This document shows, piece by piece, positions 36,186-45,501 of a stretch of 53,856 nucleotides of DNA; position 1 is the first letter of the stretch, and each line of letters starts with the position of its first letter. The notes under the pieces were generated by a model. That model had not been told where the DNA came from and made no database searches. It saw only the letters and a list, made by a program, of their open reading frames with translations. The position numbers were made by a program, and so were the translations under genes. Origin of the DNA: a virus (taxonomy: Duplodnaviria > Caudoviricetes); IMG/VR virus record IMGVR_UViG_3300033076_000478, positions 1 to 53,856 of that record. One strand, 5' to 3'.

Positions 36186-37985
36186 ATGGCCATTTCAGAT
36201 TGGACGCTTCCTCAAGGTGGCAATGAACCCAAGGCCCCCACCGACTGGTCGAAGGTCTTTCCCGGCCTGTCCGGTGGCGCGGCCACATCGGCCGAACAAA
36301 CTGCTCCAGCCGTACCCCATGCTGCACCCCAGACTGATCAGATGGTCAGCAAACCCGCGTCTGATTACGAGAACATGGGCATAGGTGATGTCCTGTCTCA
36401 GGCTGTTCAGAACACGCCATCCAGCGCAAAGCGTGTGTTCTCTGGCCTCTATCACGCAGCGACCAACCCTTCCGAAACCCTGCAGGGTCTTGAACAGCTT
36501 GGCTCAGGCATTGCGTCCAAGGCGTCTGGCGCTTTGGGGGGCGAGAGCCACCCCGAGAAAGAGGGCGCTCTCAACGCCCTGCTGAACGAATACGCCGACA
36601 CCTACGGATCTTGGGGCGGCTTCAAGAAGCGTTTGGCCGAGGATCCGTTCTTCATCGGAATGGATGCAGCGTCACTTATTCCCGGCGTCGGTGGCGGCCT
36701 TAAGGCGGCTGGTGTTGGCGAGAAGGCAGTCAACGCGCTGAACATCGCAGCGAAGGTTGCGGATCCTATTCAGGGCGCTATTGCCGCAGCGAAGATCCCT
36801 TCGAAGTTGGCCGGTGCGGTTGGCAAGAGCGCCGCATCCGCTGCTTCCGGTGTTCCGAAGGTTGCTTTGGACATGGCTCAGGAGATCGGCAGATCCGGCG
36901 ACAAGGCCGGTCAGGAGGTCTTCAAGAGGTTTGTTGGAAAACAGGGGAACCCTCAAGAAATTGCCGACACTGCTGTCAACGCGCTAAATGAACTCAAGCA
37001 GAAGGCAAGCCAAGAATACCTCACGTCCCGCGCCGGGATTGCCTCATCCAACGTTCAACTCCCCATGGGGAAAATCGTTTCGGCGATGAACGATCTGGAG
37101 AATTTCGTCAACACGCACGGCACCACCACGCGCTTCAATGCTGCCCGTAGCGCCATGGCTGACGTCAAAAACCAGATCCAAGACACCATCAACAACATCG
37201 GAAATAATCCTCGCGTTGCCACCATGGAGGATCTTGATGTCTTGAAGCAGTCCATTCAGGACATCGCCCAGTCCTTTCGTGGCACCAGATTTGAGGGGAA
37301 GTTCGGATCTGTCGCAGGCGCAGTCAAAGACACGATTGCATCCCATGATGCTACGTACGCCGGAATGATGGAGCGTTACCAAAACTGGATCGAGCAGATG
37401 AAGGATCTCCGGCAGCAGCTGGTGGGAAGCGCAAACGCTGGCGACAGCACACGCATCGCGAAGCTGATGAAGGCCTTGGGGAATGACCGAAAAATGGACC
37501 TCCTCAAGATGCTTTCCTCCACGCAAAGCGGAAAGTACCTTGCCCACATGATCGCCGGAAGTGCGCTGTCCAGCTGGTTCCCATCCCGCATTCAGGGTCT
37601 GGGAGACCTCCTGCTGGGTGGCGGCCTGTACCAGCTTGGCGTCCACCCTGCAGCCGTGGCTGGCGGTGCCCTGCTGGCCTCTCCAAAGCTTGGTGGGAAG
37701 CTTGCGTACACCGCCGGGGCTGCGGGACGGAACATCGACCGCTTCACGCCGCAGGCGTACGTCAGCAACCCCCTTTCGATGATTGGCAACCAGTCCGGCG
37801 ATGAGACGGAACCTCAGGCCTACAAGCGTGGTGGCCGTGTCTCCAGCCATGAGGCTGCCGCAGATCAGTTGGTGCGGGCGGCCGAACGTGCTAAACAGGG
37901 TCAAAGCGCTGCGACCGAAGCCCTTCTCCAGCAGCCCGACAGCGCCATCGTGCAGGCGCTGGAAGTCGCAAACAGGAGCATCTGA
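36186..37985 (+). CDS. internal virion (ejection) protein
   Basis: 599 aa, Ala/Gly-rich and helical, ASPKLGG, terminal YKRGGRV. Confidence 0.65.
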   Translation: MAISDWTLPQGGNEPKAPTDWSKVFPGLSGGAATSAEQTAPAVPHAAPQTDQMVSKPASDYENMGIGDVLSQAVQNTPSSAKRVFSGLYHAATNPSETLQGLEQLGSGIASKASGALGGESHPEKEGALNALLNEYADTYGSWGGFKKRLAEDPFFIGMDAASLIPGVGGGLKAAGVGEKAVNALNIAAKVADPIQGAIAAAKIPSKLAGAVGKSAASAASGVPKVALDMAQEIGRSGDKAGQEVFKRFVGKQGNPQEIADTAVNALNELKQKASQEYLTSRAGIASSNVQLPMGKIVSAMNDLENFVNTHGTTTRFNAARSAMADVKNQIQDTINNIGNNPRVATMEDLDVLKQSIQDIAQSFRGTRFEGKFGSVAGAVKDTIASHDATYAGMMERYQNWIEQMKDLRQQLVGSANAGDSTRIAKLMKALGNDRKMDLLKMLSSTQSGKYLAHMIAGSALSSWFPSRIQGLGDLLLGGGLYQLGVHPAAVAGGALLASPKLGGKLAYTAGAAGRNIDRFTPQAYVSNPLSMIGNQSGDETEPQAYKRGGRVSSHEAAADQLVRAAERAKQGQSAATEALLQQPDSAIVQALEVANRSI

Positions 37986-39373
37986 TGTCGACCACCACCA
38001 ACAAGTCCCTGACGCAGCCGGTCCTTGGTTCGACCTCTCCGAACTGGGGCACCCTCGTCAACGCGGACCTCGGCATTCTGGACAGCGTCCTCGGCAACGC
38101 CGCGACCTTCGCCACGCTGACCGGCGATCACGTCCTGACGACCGACGAGATCCAGTCGATGTGCGTCAAGACGTCGACCAGCGCGTTCACCGGCAATGTC
38201 ACCCTGACCATTCCGTCTGGGGTGGCAGGTCAGTGGGTGGTGATGAACCAGTCGGCTGCGTCGTCGTTCACCCTGACCGTCCGCAGCGCGAACGTCGCGA
38301 CCACCAAGAACGTGACCGTGGAGCGCAACTCCGTACGGTCGATCTATTGCGACGGAACCGACGTGTTCTACGCGGACACGCCGTTCACTGGTGTCGGCAC
38401 GTCTGGTCAGGTCATCTACAATGACGGCACCAAGCTGGTCGGTTCTGACGATCTGCTCTTCGACGGCACGAACCTGTCCATCGGCAAGACCGCCTCGATC
38501 TCCTCTTCCACCACGTCTGGACCGGGTCCGTACGTTGCAACCGTGACCTTCCCGGGCACCAAAGTCATTCCGGTCGGGTCGACCGTGACGGTCGGCGGTG
38601 TCACCCCGTCCGGCTACAATGGCAACTGGGTGGTCACCTCATCATCGGCCGGATCCGTGACGTTCTCGATCTCTGCGGCCCTCGTCAGCGGATCTGGTGG
38701 CATCATCTCGTACGGCGATCTCTCGGCCGACTACGTGGATGCCAAGGCGATCAGAACCAACACCTTGGAGGCCAATTCCGCCTACGGCAACATCGTTGCC
38801 ACCGGCCCGCAGGCCGCAGCCGGCACAGCGAATGAAGTTCTCCTGTCGCCCTTGGGAGCCATGTCGTTCCTGCAGGCCAACAACCTCAATCAGGGCGCTG
38901 CTACCGACTGGACTGATGATACCTTCACCACGCTTTCTGGTAACGTGAAAGAGTTCATCGGCATCCCAAGTTGGGCAAAGCGCGTCAAGATCATCCTGAA
39001 GGACGTTCGGTCGAACACCGCCAGCGACATCATTGTTCAGGCCGGATCCTCGTCGTTTTCAACAGCTGGATATGCGTCATCTGCCGGCGGCATCAATGGC
39101 GGAACCGGGCAAAACTATTCCACCTCGGGCATCGTGGTCACCTTGCCGTCCGCATCGGCAAACCCGCACAGCGGAATGATCACCTTCGACAAGCTGAACG
39201 GAAGCAATACTTGGGTCGAAAGCGGATCCCTGATGTACACCTCGACCGGGGCTATCGTCATGTCTTCCGGTTACACGCCAGAGCTTTCCGGCGCGATGGA
39301 TCGCATCAGGATCAAGATCACCGGATCCTCGTACAACTTCACAGCTGGCACTATCGGGGTTGTTTGGGAATAA
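37985..39373 (+). CDS. tail fibre-related protein
   Basis: WG..VN.DL N-terminus, YCDGTDV, GIPSWAKRV C-terminal domain. Confidence 0.65.
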   Translation: MSTTTNKSLTQPVLGSTSPNWGTLVNADLGILDSVLGNAATFATLTGDHVLTTDEIQSMCVKTSTSAFTGNVTLTIPSGVAGQWVVMNQSAASSFTLTVRSANVATTKNVTVERNSVRSIYCDGTDVFYADTPFTGVGTSGQVIYNDGTKLVGSDDLLFDGTNLSIGKTASISSSTTSGPGPYVATVTFPGTKVIPVGSTVTVGGVTPSGYNGNWVVTSSSAGSVTFSISAALVSGSGGIISYGDLSADYVDAKAIRTNTLEANSAYGNIVATGPQAAAGTANEVLLSPLGAMSFLQANNLNQGAATDWTDDTFTTLSGNVKEFIGIPSWAKRVKIILKDVRSNTASDIIVQAGSSSFSTAGYASSAGGINGGTGQNYSTSGIVVTLPSASANPHSGMITFDKLNGSNTWVESGSLMYTSTGAIVMSSGYTPELSGAMDRIRIKITGSSYNFTAGTIGVVWE

Positions 39374-39626
39374 CGCCCTGAGATCCCCGCTCCTCGCTTG
39401 CCTCAAGCTTGACCTTGCCGATGTGCATGGTGTTCAGGATCATCGGACCCACTGGGAAGAACCCGAAGCTGTCGGCCTTGCGGTAGAACTCCTGCACCAG
39501 CAGGAAGTCGTTCTCCTGCAGGGCTTCCAGAAACTCCTCCATGCTGCCTGACTGGTGTTCACAGACGACCTGATGAACCAGTTCGCCCTTGCGGGACGGC
39601 ATGTTGAGGGTGATCAAAAAGCGCAT
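39351..39626 (-). CDS. hypothetical protein
   Basis: MRFLITLNMPSR start, coupled to the upstream stop. Confidence 0.7.
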   Translation of the reverse strand: MRFLITLNMPSRKGELVHQVVCEHQSGSMEEFLEALQENDFLLVQEFYRKADSFGFFPVGPMILNTMHIGKVKLEASEERGSQGVIPKQPR

Positions 39627-39874
39627 CAGGTTTTCCCGTTCATGAATTGACGCCACACCTCTCGCTCGATGTGGGGGCGGATCAGCGCGGGCAACCGATC
39701 CAGAGCTTTGCGGCGTTTCTCCTTGTCTCGTATCGCGAGAACGGACTTCGCGCCATCGAAAATGTACTTGCTGCAGGCGGACTGGATCCCGGGTTCCTCG
39801 CTCTCCAGTTCAACCTTGCCGGTCAGGACCGCCTTGATGCGGTCGCTGGGGCGCTTATCGCCCCAGATAGACAT
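39626..39874 (-). CDS. hypothetical protein
   Basis: 82 aa with GGAGG RBS upstream. Confidence 0.65.
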   Translation of the reverse strand: MSIWGDKRPSDRIKAVLTGKVELESEEPGIQSACSKYIFDGAKSVLAIRDKEKRRKALDRLPALIRPHIEREVWRQFMNGKT

Positions 39875-40256
39875 GGAACGCCTCCCACGCCGCATCCACC
39901 CCAAGGGCGATGCATGTGAAGCACCCTGCTGCCTTGGCGGCCCTGAGATAGTCCAGCTGCGCCTTATGGATGGAGGACAGGGTGTGGTCGCGGCGCTTAA
40001 GCTCACAGACGAACGCAGGAGCGCCGGGGATGATGATGTCGGTGGCCCCTGTGGTGAGACCCTCCGACTTCTCGGTTGCAGCCTGCAGCAGCGTCCTCTT
40101 GCCCTCGTTGCGGGCATGGATGGCCAGTGCCCCGTGGGTGGTGGGATATTCGCGGCGCAGGCGAGAGAAGAAGGTCACCTGTTCCAGAACCTCCTTGGGG
40201 CACGGACCCCGAAAGTCCGTGTCCCCGTAGATCGCGATGTCAGTTGGGAGCTTCAT
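39855..40256 (-). CDS. VRR-NUC family nuclease
   Basis: H..NEGKR...EGLTTGATDI...ELK...Q PD-(D/E)xK motif. Confidence 0.8.
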   Translation of the reverse strand: MKLPTDIAIYGDTDFRGPCPKEVLEQVTFFSRLRREYPTTHGALAIHARNEGKRTLLQAATEKSEGLTTGATDIIIPGAPAFVCELKRRDHTLSSIHKAQLDYLRAAKAAGCFTCIALGVDAAWEAFHVYLGR

Positions 40257-42024
40257 CCGGTTTTCCATTGTAAGCGAAGACCCGGTAGAAACCGCTATCG
40301 GGGTCTTTCTGATAAGTAATCGTCTCCGGGGCATCATCGCCAAGAGCGTTCAGGTTTGCAAGTTCAGTCCGCTGGAAGCTGTTCTTCGGCTCCTTCATGA
40401 CCCAGTACGAGAAGGACCGGTAGTTCGTCACCACGTCGCAGCGCCACGTCTCCTTGCCGCTCAGGGCAATATGGCTGCGCTTGCTGAAGAACTTCACCTC
40501 ATCGGTCTGGCGGCGGGTGGGATCCTTCTTCAGGGCCTTGAAGTCGATCCGCAGCTTCTCATTCGGGTCGACAATCTCGCCCTTGCACTCGATGCAGTAC
40601 CGGGCCGCGATGTCGTTGTCGGCCTTGCAGTGAGGGCAGGGCTTGAACGTCCACCGGTATCCGCATTGCACCCGGTCACCTGCCAAGCGGATCAGGGAAC
40701 GGCAGCGGCGACCAAAGTGGGCGGGGATGGCACCCCAGTCCGAGGAGATCCGCTGGCCGTCCAGATCGAGGAAATATCCGTTCTCGTCAATGGCGTATCC
40801 TTCGTTGTTCGGGCGGGCGGAGAACTCGTTTTCGGCATCGCAGTCCGGGCAGATGCACTTGATGAAGACTTTCTCCTGATCGCCCTTGGTCACTTCGATC
40901 TTGGGGTGGAAGACGTCGCCATCGGGGCAGTGGCGGGGCAGGTTCTCGGCGTAATCGAGGATCAGGCAGGTCTCCTTGAACTCCTCCACGCGCAGGCCCC
41001 GGCCGATGATCTGCTGGAGCAGGCCGACGCTCTCCGTGGCGCGCAGGATCGCGATCAGGTCGACGTGCGGCGCATCGAACCCGGTGGTCAGGACGGACAC
41101 GTTCACCATATATTTGATCTGCTGGGCCTTGAAGAGGCGAAGGATGTTGTCGCGATCAGACTTGGGGGTCTCGGAGGTGACGATGGCGGACAGGCTGGGA
41201 GGCAGGCTCTCCATCACCTCCTTGGCATGCTGCACCGTGGCGGCGAAGATCATCACGCCGCGCAGGAAAGCGGCCTTGCGGACGATGTCTTCAACGATGG
41301 CGGCGGTCTTCCGGCCCTGCCCGTGGTATGCACGGTCGATGGCGCTGACGTCGAACTGCCCACGGGAGTTCAGCTTCATGTCCAGCGTCTGGTACCCGTC
41401 CACGCTGATCTCGCCAATGGTCGGCCGGGTCAGGAAGCCCTGCTCGATCAGTTCGTACGCTTGGATCCGGTAGACGCAGGCGGCGAAGTAGGGATCCTTG
41501 GTCTGGTCCTCGCGCACCGGGCTGCCATCCGGCCACTGGGCGAAGATGTACCCGCTCCCCATGCGGTAGGGGGTGGCCGACAGGCCGATCACGCGCAGGT
41601 TGGGGTTCTGTTCCCGGATGGCGTCGATGATGTTGCGGACGGTCGGCGTGATCCCGTGGCACTCGTCAACCACGACAGCGGCGAACTGGCTGCCGAACCG
41701 GCTGATCGAGTTGTTGACGGTGCCCGGGGTGCCGAACACCACCGGGTGCCGCAGGCTCTTCTGCCCGGCGCTGGCGGAGAAGATCGAGCAGGGGCTGCCG
41801 GTCATCTTGAACTTCTCGGCGTTCTGCTTGACCAGTTCGGCGCTGGGCGCGAGGCACAGGATGTGCTTGCCCTTCGACATGGCGTGGATCGTGTCGGCCA
41901 CGGCGGCGATGATGTGAGACTTCCCTGCGCCAGTAGCGGCCTCGATCAGGCACGGTGACCGGTCCTTCTTGATCCACTGGATGATGGCGTCATGGGCTTC
42001 TTGCTGGTACGGGCGCAGGGTCAT
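40240..42024 (-). CDS. SF2 DExH helicase (RadD-like) with Zn fingers
   Basis: LRPYQ, ATGAGKS, DECH, SATP, LTTGFD and QIIGRGLR motifs. Confidence 0.92.
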   Translation of the reverse strand: MTLRPYQQEAHDAIIQWIKKDRSPCLIEAATGAGKSHIIAAVADTIHAMSKGKHILCLAPSAELVKQNAEKFKMTGSPCSIFSASAGQKSLRHPVVFGTPGTVNNSISRFGSQFAAVVVDECHGITPTVRNIIDAIREQNPNLRVIGLSATPYRMGSGYIFAQWPDGSPVREDQTKDPYFAACVYRIQAYELIEQGFLTRPTIGEISVDGYQTLDMKLNSRGQFDVSAIDRAYHGQGRKTAAIVEDIVRKAAFLRGVMIFAATVQHAKEVMESLPPSLSAIVTSETPKSDRDNILRLFKAQQIKYMVNVSVLTTGFDAPHVDLIAILRATESVGLLQQIIGRGLRVEEFKETCLILDYAENLPRHCPDGDVFHPKIEVTKGDQEKVFIKCICPDCDAENEFSARPNNEGYAIDENGYFLDLDGQRISSDWGAIPAHFGRRCRSLIRLAGDRVQCGYRWTFKPCPHCKADNDIAARYCIECKGEIVDPNEKLRIDFKALKKDPTRRQTDEVKFFSKRSHIALSGKETWRCDVVTNYRSFSYWVMKEPKNSFQRTELANLNALGDDAPETITYQKDPDSGFYRVFAYNGKPDEAPN

Positions 42025-42050
42025 TTTGGTCTCGCTTGGTGGTTTTGTTC

Positions 42051-42078
42051 TTCTTATCACATTTTATTGTGAGGTCAA
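42051..42078 (-). promoter_or_regulatory. promoter for the helicase operon with a palindromic operator
   Basis: Minus strand TTGACC-N16-TAAGAA; TCACA-N6-TGTGA at 42057-42072. Confidence 0.5.
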
Positions 42079-42087
42079 CGACAAATC

Positions 42088-42912
42088 CTATTCGAGATGC
42101 ATCGTACGATACGAACACCAGCCGGTCAGGTTGGCGTGGCGTTCGCCGGGCGTCGGGGTTGCTACATGCTCGAATGGCGACAGGTGCCTCTGGGTGCTAA
42201 GAAGGTCGGCCAGAGCCAAGTCCTTCTCAACGCTGGGCGAGGTGCCGTCGTGGTTCAGGTAGCTCACCCGCGCGCAGCGGGCGGCGCTGACCAAGGGGCG
42301 GTTCCCATTGTCGTAGGGAGTGTGCCAGCACTCACGCGGGACATGACGCGCCGTGGAGGCCTGCATGGCCTCCCAGATGGCATCGGCAAGCGCCCGCATG
42401 GTAGGGTCCGCAGCTTCATGGCGGCGCAGGTCGAAGAAGTTGCTCCACTCAGTCGCGGTGATGATGACCGAGATGTGCCCAAACGGCTCCAGCAGGCGGT
42501 TCACGATCTGCTTGTGCAGGCCCAGCTTGTGGGCGTCCCATGCGGCGTCCACGGCGCGGTCACGGGCCTCCAGCCACATGCCGATGGCCTCCTCCTTGCG
42601 CTCGATCTCATCGCCGGCCTGCATGCCCCTCTGGTTGCGGCCCCAAGCCGCCGGGAGCGCGGGATCATCCATGACATCGGCGATCATGCGCTCCACCGGG
42701 ATAGCCCTGCTGGAGCTTGCGCTGCGCGAGAGCATCGGGTCGTTCATCAAGCTGATCTCCTCCATGACCTCAATCTGCATGTCATCTACCCGCATGATGC
42801 GGTGGGTTTTGGTTTCAGCATGGATGAAGCGCGGATAGCGCGCCTGCACTGAGAACAGATCGGGGCACCCGGCGTGAGTGCTGCGCCTGATCACTTGAGC
42901 AGAGATGGTCAT
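42088..42912 (-). CDS. thyX: FAD-dependent thymidylate synthase
   Basis: YPRFIHAE..THR, SRSASSSRAIP, NRLLEPF, NFFDLR, ARCARVSY and HLSPFEH motifs. Confidence 0.85.
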   Translation of the reverse strand: MTISAQVIRRSTHAGCPDLFSVQARYPRFIHAETKTHRIMRVDDMQIEVMEEISLMNDPMLSRSASSSRAIPVERMIADVMDDPALPAAWGRNQRGMQAGDEIERKEEAIGMWLEARDRAVDAAWDAHKLGLHKQIVNRLLEPFGHISVIITATEWSNFFDLRRHEAADPTMRALADAIWEAMQASTARHVPRECWHTPYDNGNRPLVSAARCARVSYLNHDGTSPSVEKDLALADLLSTQRHLSPFEHVATPTPGERHANLTGWCSYRTMHLE

Positions 42913-43139
42913 TTCTTGGACACCTTTCTGGTTCCTACGGTGAGAGAGGTCCACGCGCCGGGCGCGTAGTCGGCGATGACGTTGCTGCCGTCCTTGGCGT
43001 TGTGGAGGCAAAGGGAGCCGTTCGGCTTGATGGTCCTGTAGGTGGCAAAGTGGACCACGATCTGACCGTCCGAGCAGTGGACGGCGATCTTCTTGGCGGC
43101 AGGCGGTACGACGACCTTCTTCTTGAAGAGGCTGATCAT
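42909..43139 (-). CDS. hypothetical protein
   Basis: 76 aa, coupled to thyX. Confidence 0.65.
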   Translation of the reverse strand: MISLFKKKVVVPPAAKKIAVHCSDGQIVVHFATYRTIKPNGSLCLHNAKDGSNVIADYAPGAWTSLTVGTRKVSKK

Positions 43140-43140
43140 G

Positions 43141-43785
43141 TCAGACCTTCTCCGCCTTGGGGCCGATGGCCGCGATCAGCTTGCTCAGGCGCAGGCTGAT
43201 CTCTTTGACCTTGCCCCGGGCCTCCACCATCTCAGAGATGGCGGAATTGGCGTTGGCGAGGGCGCGGTCAGCCTTGGACATCCAGTCCTTCACCTCCTCG
43301 GACAGGGTGACCAGTTCGTCGTTGCCGTCCGGGCCGAACATGTCCTCGCGGATCGCGGCAACCCAGCCGGGCATGATGCCGTTGCCGAGCATGTCCGAAA
43401 TCGTCTTGTCCGTCTCGGCGTCACGATAGCGCTGCTTGGTGACGTCGTACGCCTCCTCCAGTGCGGCCACGATGAACCGCTTTTGGTCCCGTGTGGGCTG
43501 GCGCAGCGGTGCGGATGCAGTGGTCATGTCGGGTTCCTTTGCTTCTGGTGCGGGTTTCCTGCGCTGCGCCTCACAGTTGGGGCACAGCAGCTTCTTCTTG
43601 ATGTAGGTCCATCCGGTCGCGGTCAGCTTCGTGATGGCCTGAGCCTCGTTGACCGCAGGGGCCTCTCCAACTCGGATCTTCTCGGCAAAGTCGCACTTGA
43701 TGGTCTCTTGGTGCCCGCACTTGCCGCATGTGCAGGTGGCTATCGGGTGGCCCCGCAAATCTCTGCCTGCGATGAATTGGTTCAT
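43141..43785 (-). CDS. Zn-finger hypothetical protein
   Basis: CGKC...CPNC and Y.D.ETD...GWVAAIREDMFG. Confidence 0.75.
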   Translation of the reverse strand: MNQFIAGRDLRGHPIATCTCGKCGHQETIKCDFAEKIRVGEAPAVNEAQAITKLTATGWTYIKKKLLCPNCEAQRRKPAPEAKEPDMTTASAPLRQPTRDQKRFIVAALEEAYDVTKQRYRDAETDKTISDMLGNGIMPGWVAAIREDMFGPDGNDELVTLSEEVKDWMSKADRALANANSAISEMVEARGKVKEISLRLSKLIAAIGPKAEKV

Positions 43786-44006
43786 TTTCCGATCATGCTC
43801 CTCAGGGCTTTAGCGTAGAACTGACCCGGGCTTGCACCATCTGGAACCTCATGCTCCTCACAGAACTTGGCGCAGTATTCGACCACGTCCTTTCTGCACT
43901 TCTCCAGCTGGCGGCGCAGGTTGATGTTGATATTGCGCTGGCGGATCAGTTCCCGCTCACTGGACCTCAGTTCTGAGATCCAGCAGGTCAATTTCTTCTT
44001 CTCCAT
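43782..44006 (-). CDS. hypothetical protein
   Basis: Coiled-coil ORF coupled to the downstream gene; start at 44006 or 44015. Confidence 0.55.
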   Translation of the reverse strand: MEKKKLTCWISELRSSERELIRQRNININLRRQLEKCRKDVVEYCAKFCEEHEVPDGASPGQFYAKALRSMIGK

Positions 44007-44196
44007 ACCGGACATCCTGAAATCTGGGTTGGGATACGCGCAGGCGACCGGTCCAGCCTTTCGCCTTGCACACGGCAGAGACCGTCTTGACCGACACGCC
44101 GATCTCGATTGCGATCTCTCTTGCGGAGCAGTTCCACTCCATCGGTTCCGCGAACCGCCAGATACGGAATGCAAGAGCCTCGGTCTTTGCGCTCAC
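43957..44196 (-). CDS. HTH DNA-binding protein
   Basis: SAREIAIEIGVSVKTVS HTH motif; GTGA overlap. Confidence 0.65.
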   Translation of the reverse strand: MSAKTEALAFRIWRFAEPMEWNCSAREIAIEIGVSVKTVSAVCKAKGWTGRLRVSQPRFQDVRYGEEEIDLLDLRTEVQ

Positions 44197-45059
44197 TTCA
44201 CGACCCAGTAGCTGGAGGGCTTGCCGCGCCACTTGCTCAGGTCAGCATTGGGGGCAAGCTCCTTGACCGCCTTGGCGTAGGAAATCGCACCCTCCTTGCT
44301 GATCTTGGTCAGCTTCTGTCGTCCGATGATGGCGTTCCTGCCGCCTACCATTTCGACCAGCTCGGCCAAGATCTCCTTCTTGCGCTCCGCCGCCCGCGCC
44401 TCGGCGTCCACCATGTCATTGTACTCGGCCATCATCTGGAGCGCCCGGGGGTTGTCGATGATGACGCGCCGCTCGGCGAGGTGGTCTGCCGGGTCTTCCT
44501 CCAGAAACTCCTCGTAGAAGGCCTGCAGCTTCGGCAGGTTCTGGTTGATCCAGTCTTGATTGAAGTCCACACGGGACAGGGCGTTGTCGTTCGGCGTCCA
44601 CTGCCAGAACAGGCAAGCCTCACGCCCAGTGACGAACAATTGAACCTGCATCTGCGCGTAATAGTGCGGCTGGTCCTCTATGGTCTTGAACGGCACTGGA
44701 GCGGCATGATCGCGCAAGCCAAAGGGGCACTTGATCTCCAACAGCATGTCGCCACGGATGTACCCGTCAGGGCTGGCACCGAGCCACGGGAGATCCGGGT
44801 GAACGACAAAGGGGGCCGGCTTTACCTCGAAGCCACATTTGTACTGGAAGTCTTCCTTGGCTTCCTGTTCGTGTGTCTGGCCCCAGCCGGTGGCGATGTT
44901 GCCGACAAACTCACTGGGCGCGCCATGTGCTGCCCGCACCATCCGGCGCATGGCTTCATCTCTGGTGCAGTTGGGGTCAAGGCCAAGGATGGCCCCAACC
45001 ATGGATCCGGTGACGCGCCCCTTGCGCGCCTCGAACCACTCGGGCGAACGCTGTTCCAT
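44193..45059 (-). CDS. YqaJ/lambda-type exonuclease
   Basis: EQRSPEWF..RKG, LGASPDG, EIKCP and YYAQMQ motifs. Confidence 0.92.
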   Translation of the reverse strand: MEQRSPEWFEARKGRVTGSMVGAILGLDPNCTRDEAMRRMVRAAHGAPSEFVGNIATGWGQTHEQEAKEDFQYKCGFEVKPAPFVVHPDLPWLGASPDGYIRGDMLLEIKCPFGLRDHAAPVPFKTIEDQPHYYAQMQVQLFVTGREACLFWQWTPNDNALSRVDFNQDWINQNLPKLQAFYEEFLEEDPADHLAERRVIIDNPRALQMMAEYNDMVDAEARAAERKKEILAELVEMVGGRNAIIGRQKLTKISKEGAISYAKAVKELAPNADLSKWRGKPSSYWVVK

Positions 45060-45061
45060 TA

Positions 45062-45439
45062 TTAATTTCCCCAGTTGTCGTACAGGACACCCTGAAACAG
45101 GGCAATGCGAGCTTGCTTGTCACGAAGGTTCAGAGCCTTGGCGGCTGCAGTGGCAACACGCCATTTGGTGAAGTCAACATAGTTGTCGACCACGATCAGG
45201 TTGACCTCCCCGGAGCGGAATGTCCGGAAGTTCAGCTGGTGATCATAGCTTTCATCGGAACCTGTCGTTTCGACCCATCCGTCGTCTTCAATCAGTGTCG
45301 GGCTGCCAAGGTTCAGGATCACAAAATCGACATCAGTGTCCATAACGGGCGGATTGCAGATCTCCCTGCTGCCGGTCATAAAATGCTGCAACCCATTATT
45401 GACCATCCACTCGGTGGCGGTCTTCTGCGAGTATTCCAT
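45062..45439 (-). CDS. putative minimal nucleotidyltransferase
   Basis: TGS-x9-DTDVD pol-beta-like motif, FR.G.VNLI. Confidence 0.5.
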   Translation of the reverse strand: MEYSQKTATEWMVNNGLQHFMTGSREICNPPVMDTDVDFVILNLGSPTLIEDDGWVETTGSDESYDHQLNFRTFRSGEVNLIVVDNYVDFTKWRVATAAAKALNLRDKQARIALFQGVLYDNWGN

Positions 45440-45501
45440 GTGTTTTCCTCAGGTTGGTTGGTTGGTGGTGGGAGGGGCCTAAACCCCTCCCGGGAGATCC
45501 A

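Noticed and set aside
42057-42072. CRP/FNR binding site
   Set aside because: The half-sites are inverted (TCACA-N6-TGTGA) relative to the CRP consensus.
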